Positions 27,427 through 32,000 of a stretch of DNA of 32,000 nt are shown here, one piece after another. Made by a program: the position numbers and the translations under genes. Numbering within the stretch: the first letter of the stretch is position 1; each line of letters starts with the position of its first letter. Below the pieces are notes generated by a model. That model was given only the letters and a program-made list of their open reading frames with translations, did not search any database and was not told the origin of the DNA. This DNA is from an archaeon. Its GTDB lineage: Archaea > Iainarchaeota > Iainarchaeia > Iainarchaeales > JANQMZ01. The stretch spans positions 720,001 to 752,000 of the forward strand of contig JANQMZ010000007.1 in assembly GCA_028279805.1 (NCBI GenBank). The letters are read 5' to 3'.

Positions 27427-28233
27427 ATGTTTGATGAAAGTTTTTTTGAAATGTATAATCAGGATAATGATGAGGAGGAATCTTCCGCAGCAACCACTAC
27501 TTCCCAGATTGAAAGAACCGTTGAATCTATTGATTCTTCAAAAATTTTTGTTTTGTCAATAGGCGGGTCAATTATTGCAAATGACAAACCGAATTCGACT
27601 TATATTGCAAAATTGTCAGAAACTTTAACAAAACTTGAACAGGAAGGTTACAGGTTTGTTTTGGTTATAGGCGGGGGGGCAATTGCAAGAAATTATATGG
27701 CTTCAGCCAAATCTTTGGGTGCAAACAATTTTGAACAGGATCAGATTGGAATTTTTTCATCAAGATTAAATGCAATGGTTGTAATTCGGGGTGTTGTCAA
27801 TTCTTATCCTTCTGTGTTAAAAAAAATTGAAGAATCAAAAACAATTTTGCAAAACGGCAAAATTCCTGTTTTCGGAGGAATTCTTCCGGGTGCCACAACA
27901 GATTTTGTAGGAGCTTTAATTGCAGAATATCTTCAGGCAACTTTTATTAATATGTCAAATGTGGACGGAGTTTATTCATCTGATCCAACCGATAATCCAA
28001 GAGCAAAACTTTTTACAGAAATTTCTTATGAAAAACTTTTATCTTTAATGAAATTGCATTCATCTTCCCCGGGCCCGCATGTTATTATGGATGTGCCTGC
28101 CTGCCTTGTCATAAAACGTTCAAAAATTCCGACACTTGTAATTGATGGAAATGATTTGGAAAATTTTGAAAATGCCGTTCATGGCACGGATTTTAAGGGA
28201 ACAATTGTAGGCTCTTTTGAACAGGAAGACTAA
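27427..28233 (+). CDS. pyrH: UMP kinase, archaeal type, with N-terminal extension
   Basis: KIFVLSIGGSIIANDKPN, RFVLVIGGGAIARNYM, FVGALIAEYLQATFINMSNVDGVYSSDP. ATG 27427 preferred over the ORF start at 27301. Confidence 0.88.
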   Translation: MFDESFFEMYNQDNDEEESSAATTTSQIERTVESIDSSKIFVLSIGGSIIANDKPNSTYIAKLSETLTKLEQEGYRFVLVIGGGAIARNYMASAKSLGANNFEQDQIGIFSSRLNAMVVIRGVVNSYPSVLKKIEESKTILQNGKIPVFGGILPGATTDFVGALIAEYLQATFINMSNVDGVYSSDPTDNPRAKLFTEISYEKLLSLMKLHSSSPGPHVIMDVPACLVIKRSKIPTLVIDGNDLENFENAVHGTDFKGTIVGSFEQED

Positions 28234-29225
28234 TAATCCTTAAAAGAAAAATTTTTCCAGAGTTTTTCACCTAAAGCTATTTCAAGTTCTTCTGGGTTGA
28301 TTATGGGTTTTTTAAAATTTTTCCAGTCATCTATTGCTATTCTTGGACAAGCTGTTGAAACAAAACAATCAGCTTTAATTCCCAGTAAAAATTCCGGCAG
28401 AATCAAATCCGCGGTTAAAATAATTGCTTTTTTTCCATTTTTTTCAACAAGCTTTTTTAATTTTAAAGCTTCTCCGTAACGCATTTGCCCTATTTTTGTT
28501 GAAATAATTATTCCGAAAGATTCTGACTCTGATGCTTTTGCAATCAAAGAATGCCTTTGCCTTAAAAACCGGTCCCTGTTTTTCATTTTTAAAATTTTTT
28601 CATTCAAAACATCCGCAACAAAAACAGGTTTTTTTGTTGAAAAATTAACCGCTTCAGCGTGAAAATTTCCGTCTCCCACAAAAACAGCTGCATCAACTTT
28701 ATCTGAAACTTTTGCAATGGCACTCCCGGAACATCCTAAAACCTGTCCTTCCTCTGTTCTTAAACCTTTTTCCATTAAAACAATAAAACCTTTTTTTTCC
28801 AGTAATTTTTTTAAAAAATCTCTTGCCGTTTTATACTGAACAATTGAGGCAATTCCTATTTTTTTTATTTTTTTTTCTTTTAAAATTTTTTCAAGTTTTT
28901 TAAAAGTATTTTCCAGTAATTTTTCCGGAACATCATATTCAAGCGGAACATAAATAACTTTTTCATAATTAAAAAACTTGTTATGCCCGAAATGCAGAAT
29001 TAAATCCGCGTTAAATTTTTCAAGTTCATCAACAGGCAAATCACATGCTCCAAAACAAGGGTCAATTAATGTTATTGTTTTAACACCTGTTTTTTCTTCA
29101 AGTTTTTTGCTTATTTCATAAAGATTTGTTTTAAGCCCTTCAGGCATCTGAACAATTATTTTTTCAGCTTTTCTTTTTTTCAATTCTGATATAACCGGTT
29201 TTAAATCAACTTTTAGTGAATGCAT
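28230..29225 (-). CDS. dph2: Diphthamide biosynthesis enzyme Dph2
   Basis: IIVQMPEGLK, LIDPCFGACDLP, LGCSG and STACPRIAIDDW: three conserved Cys positions of the radical Fe-S enzyme. Confidence 0.93.
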   Translation of the reverse strand: MHSLKVDLKPVISELKKRKAEKIIVQMPEGLKTNLYEISKKLEEKTGVKTITLIDPCFGACDLPVDELEKFNADLILHFGHNKFFNYEKVIYVPLEYDVPEKLLENTFKKLEKILKEKKIKKIGIASIVQYKTARDFLKKLLEKKGFIVLMEKGLRTEEGQVLGCSGSAIAKVSDKVDAAVFVGDGNFHAEAVNFSTKKPVFVADVLNEKILKMKNRDRFLRQRHSLIAKASESESFGIIISTKIGQMRYGEALKLKKLVEKNGKKAIILTADLILPEFLLGIKADCFVSTACPRIAIDDWKNFKKPIINPEELEIALGEKLWKNFSFKDY

Positions 29226-29253
29226 TAATGTTTTTGTGCAAACAAAGCCTTAT

Positions 29254-31773
29254 TTATTTTTCCATTAAAATGTTTTTTTCTTCAAGCATTACAATTTTTT
29301 TAATTTCCTCAACCGCGTCAATATTTGCCGAAACACTTGAAATTCCCATTTTTACAAGCTGTTTAACCATTTCAGGATTTGAAGCTGCCTGTCCGCAGAT
29401 TGATGTCCTGACATTTTTTTCTCTGCATTTTTTTATAACATGTTTTATTGAACGCATTATTGCAGGATGCAGTTCATTGAAATGTTTTTGAACAAGTTCA
29501 TTGTTTCTGTCCAGGCCTAATGTTAACTGCGTCAAATCATTTGTTCCGAATGAAACAAAATCAATTCCTTCCTCAATCAGTTCATCTATAATCCAAATGC
29601 TTGCCGGGGTTTCAATCATTATTCCAAAATCTATTTTGCTTAAATCTAATTCAGCTTCTTTGGCTAATTGTTTTGCTTTTTTTATTTGTTCTGCGTGTGT
29701 AACAAAGGGAAGCATTATTCCCACATTTTTGATTCCCTCATCATATAATTCTTTTACTGCTTCAAACTGAATTTTTAACATTTCAGGCTGGTCCAAATCT
29801 CTTCTTATGCCGTGCCAGCCTAACATCGGATTATCTTCTTTTGGCTCATTTTCCCCTCCTTTCAGGTTTCTGAATTCATCACTTCTCGCATCAAATGTTC
29901 TGAACCATACTGGTTTTCCTGAAAAATGTCCTGCAACTGCTTTAATTCCGCTTTTAACAATGTTTTTTAGTTTTTCTTCCTGTCCTTGTTTTAAAAATTC
30001 AGCGGGATGTTTTCCTGAACTCGTAATCATATGTTCTGCTCTCAGCAATCCCACGCCCTCTGCACCTGTTTGTGAAGCTTTTTCTGCAACATCGGCCAGT
30101 GCAACATTTACTTTTACTTTTGGAGAAATTTTACTTAAAGTTTTTTCAATTAATTTTTTTTCCTTTTCTTTTTCTTCATCTGTTAACCGGCTTGTTTTTT
30201 TTTCTCCGAATTTTTTTAAAATTTGTTCCGCTTCTTTTTCAGATTGTAAATGTTCAATTTCCTCTTTTCTTCTTTTTTCTGTTTCTCTTTCCTGTTTTAT
30301 TTCATCAGCCATCCCGAACAAACCTGCTCCTGAAACTTTTTCTTTTTCAGTTTTTTCTTTTAAAACTTTTTCAAAAGAGTCAAATTCTTTTTCTTCAATC
30401 ACTTTTGTTTCTTTTTTTTCAGGTGCAGCAATTTTTATTTCTCCGTCATAAATTTTTCCGGTGAAACCGTTCACGGTAACAATTTGATTGTCTTTTAAAA
30501 TCTTTGTGGCTGTGTCCGTCCCTACAATACATGGAATTCCAAGTTCTCTTGAAACAATTGCAGCATGACAGGTCCTCCCGCCTTCATTTGTAACAATTGC
30601 TTTGCTTTTTTTCATAACGGGAACCCAGTCAGGGCTTGTCATTCTTGTAACCAGTATATCATCTTTTTCAATTTTTGAAATGTTTTCAATATCCAAAACT
30701 ATTTTAACTTTTCCAGAAACAATTCCAGGAGACCCGGGAGCGCCTTTTAAAACAGGTGTTTCTTCTATTTGCTGCATTTCTTTCATTTTTTCATTTAAAG
30801 CAAGAGTTGTTATCGGCCTTGTCTGAACAATCATTATCCTGCCTTTTTCAACAGCCCATTCAATGTCTTGGGGAACATTATAATGTTGTTCTATTTTGTT
30901 GCCTATTTTTGCCAGTGCAATAATTGTGTCATCCGGAATTTTTTGAGTTTCAGATTGTTCAGGGTTTAAATTTTTTTTAACAGATTTTGATCCCTCCTTT
31001 AAAACAAGCCATTTTTGCTTGTTTACTTTTTTTCTCACAATTTTCATTGAATTTTTGTCAACCACATAATTATCCGGTGTAACAGCTCCTGCTACTATTG
31101 GTTCGCCTAACCCGAAAACAGCTTCTATTACTATTTTTGTTTTATCTCCTGTTGGTTCGGCTGTAAACATTATTCCTGCTGTTTCGGCGTTAACCATTTT
31201 TTGAACAATTGCTGACAATCCCACTTGTTCTGTTTTAAAACCATGTTTTTTTCTGTAATAAACTGCTCTTGGAGTATAAAGAGATGCATAACAGTTTTTT
31301 ACTGAATTCAAAAGATTTTCTTTTCCCAAAACATTCAGAAAAGTTTCCTGTTGCCCTGCAAAACTTGCTTCCGGCAAATCTTCTGCTGTTGCACTTGAAC
31401 GAACAGCTACAAATGGCTGTTCTGAACTTGTAAGCCATCCGACTTTTTCTTTTTCAGCGAGTTTTGAATAAGCTTTAATTATTTCATTTGCAGTTTCTTC
31501 CGGCAATGTTTCCTGTTTTATCATATCACGAACTTGTTTGCTTTTTTGTTCAAGTTCCTGCGTGTTTTCAACATCAATTGAGTCAATTATTTCAACTATT
31601 TTTTGTTTTAATTTTCTTTTTTCCAAAAATTCAAAAAAGGCATCAACTGTTACCGCAAAACCGTTGGGCACGGGAAAACCGCTTTTAACCATTTCTCCAA
31701 GATTGGCTCCTTTTCCTCCAACCGTTTTAATGCTTTCTCTGCCTAATTCTTCAAACCATGCTATTCGTTTCAT
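29254..31773 (-). CDS. ppsA: Phosphoenolpyruvate synthase
   Basis: GGKGANLGEMVKSGFPVPNGFAVT, EDLPEASFAGQQETFLNV, EGGRTCHAAIVSRELGIPCIVG (phospho-His), GVGLLRAEHM, SFGTNDLTQLTLGLDRN, CGQAAS. Confidence 0.96.
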   Translation of the reverse strand: MKRIAWFEELGRESIKTVGGKGANLGEMVKSGFPVPNGFAVTVDAFFEFLEKRKLKQKIVEIIDSIDVENTQELEQKSKQVRDMIKQETLPEETANEIIKAYSKLAEKEKVGWLTSSEQPFVAVRSSATAEDLPEASFAGQQETFLNVLGKENLLNSVKNCYASLYTPRAVYYRKKHGFKTEQVGLSAIVQKMVNAETAGIMFTAEPTGDKTKIVIEAVFGLGEPIVAGAVTPDNYVVDKNSMKIVRKKVNKQKWLVLKEGSKSVKKNLNPEQSETQKIPDDTIIALAKIGNKIEQHYNVPQDIEWAVEKGRIMIVQTRPITTLALNEKMKEMQQIEETPVLKGAPGSPGIVSGKVKIVLDIENISKIEKDDILVTRMTSPDWVPVMKKSKAIVTNEGGRTCHAAIVSRELGIPCIVGTDTATKILKDNQIVTVNGFTGKIYDGEIKIAAPEKKETKVIEEKEFDSFEKVLKEKTEKEKVSGAGLFGMADEIKQERETEKRRKEEIEHLQSEKEAEQILKKFGEKKTSRLTDEEKEKEKKLIEKTLSKISPKVKVNVALADVAEKASQTGAEGVGLLRAEHMITSSGKHPAEFLKQGQEEKLKNIVKSGIKAVAGHFSGKPVWFRTFDARSDEFRNLKGGENEPKEDNPMLGWHGIRRDLDQPEMLKIQFEAVKELYDEGIKNVGIMLPFVTHAEQIKKAKQLAKEAELDLSKIDFGIMIETPASIWIIDELIEEGIDFVSFGTNDLTQLTLGLDRNNELVQKHFNELHPAIMRSIKHVIKKCREKNVRTSICGQAASNPEMVKQLVKMGISSVSANIDAVEEIKKIVMLEEKNILMEK

Positions 31774-31832
31774 TTAAAACCGTTATATGAATGTTTTTTT
31801 TTGTTTATTAATTAAACGCTTTTTTTTTAAAA

Positions 31833-32000
31833 TTAGAATAATATTAAAATGAAAGTAAAACCTATTCCTTCTTTTCTTCTTCTTTTTGCTCTTTTTCTGT
31901 TTCTTTTCCTGCATCTTCTTTCTCGTCTTTTTCCTGGCTTTCTTTTTCTTCTTCTCCCTCGTCTTTTTCTTCTTTTGCTTCACTGTCTTTGTCTTCTTCT
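31833..32000 (-). CDS. C-terminal end of a CDS truncated by window end, highly charged Glu/Lys-rich tail
   Basis: Minus frame reads EEDKDSEAKEEKDEGEEEKESQEKDEKEDAGKETEKEQKEEKEGIGFTFILILF then TAA (revcomp of 31833-31835). Confidence 0.5.

Noticed and set aside
29501-30464. Several plus-strand ORFs (29501-29770, 29807-30451, 30072-30464) antisense to ppsA
   Set aside because: Ser/Phe/Leu-rich translations typical of shadow frames of an AT-rich Lys/Glu-rich gene; ppsA is certain on the other strand.
31783-31983. Lys-rich minus-strand ORF MKQKKKKTREKKKKKARKKTRKK...
   Set aside because: Low-complexity out-of-frame reading of the Glu/Lys-rich tail of the neighbouring minus-strand CDS (31833-32000); stop and composition favour the other frame.
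1-32000. CRISPR array, toxin-antitoxin, restriction-modification, retron or other defence locus
   Set aside because: No regularly spaced repeats, Cas-like proteins, reverse transcriptase, methylase or TA-type pairs were recognised; the content is mostly core informational and envelope genes.
1-32000. tRNA or rRNA genes in intergenic gaps
   Set aside because: Intergenic gaps are mostly under 150 bp and I could not find T-loop (GGTTCRAATCC-like) signatures; tRNAscan-SE/Infernal would be needed to exclude fully.

Overview
This 32 kb window comes from a low-GC archaeal chromosome. Gene content and style suggest a DPANN-like lineage, but that is inference. It is densely packed, mostly with core informational genes. 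Features supported from sequence: a sugar-nucleotidyltransferase-like protein, RNase Z, membrane-anchored LonB protease, DUF373 membrane protein, slipin/stomatin, SpoIIM-like protein, an exported BNR/sialidase-like protein, Csl4, RpoL, signal peptidase, and a replication/translation cluster (OB-fold protein, two tandem PCNAs, PriL, PriS, GINS, S27e, aIF2-alpha, PAC2-family protein). Downstream are a BofA-like protein, an S-layer protein with a long structured leader and a terminator, a flippase-like LPG-synthase-TM protein, a GT4 phosphoglycosyl transferase, TruD, aRF1, UMP kinase, Dph2 and PEP synthase. I found no rRNA, tRNA, CRISPR array, transposon or recognisable defence system. The observations most worth checking are: (1) a small RPA14/Rpa3-like OB-fold protein in front of tandem divergent PCNAs; (2) a primase small subunit with YEFD in place of FDID and no cysteine knuckle; (3) an aRF1 with NIKD instead of NIKS; (4) overlapping, mutually exclusive hairpins in the S-layer leader; (5) an inverted-repeat operator cluster around the TATA of the exported BNR-like gene. 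None of these proves a new system; each is a testable lead.
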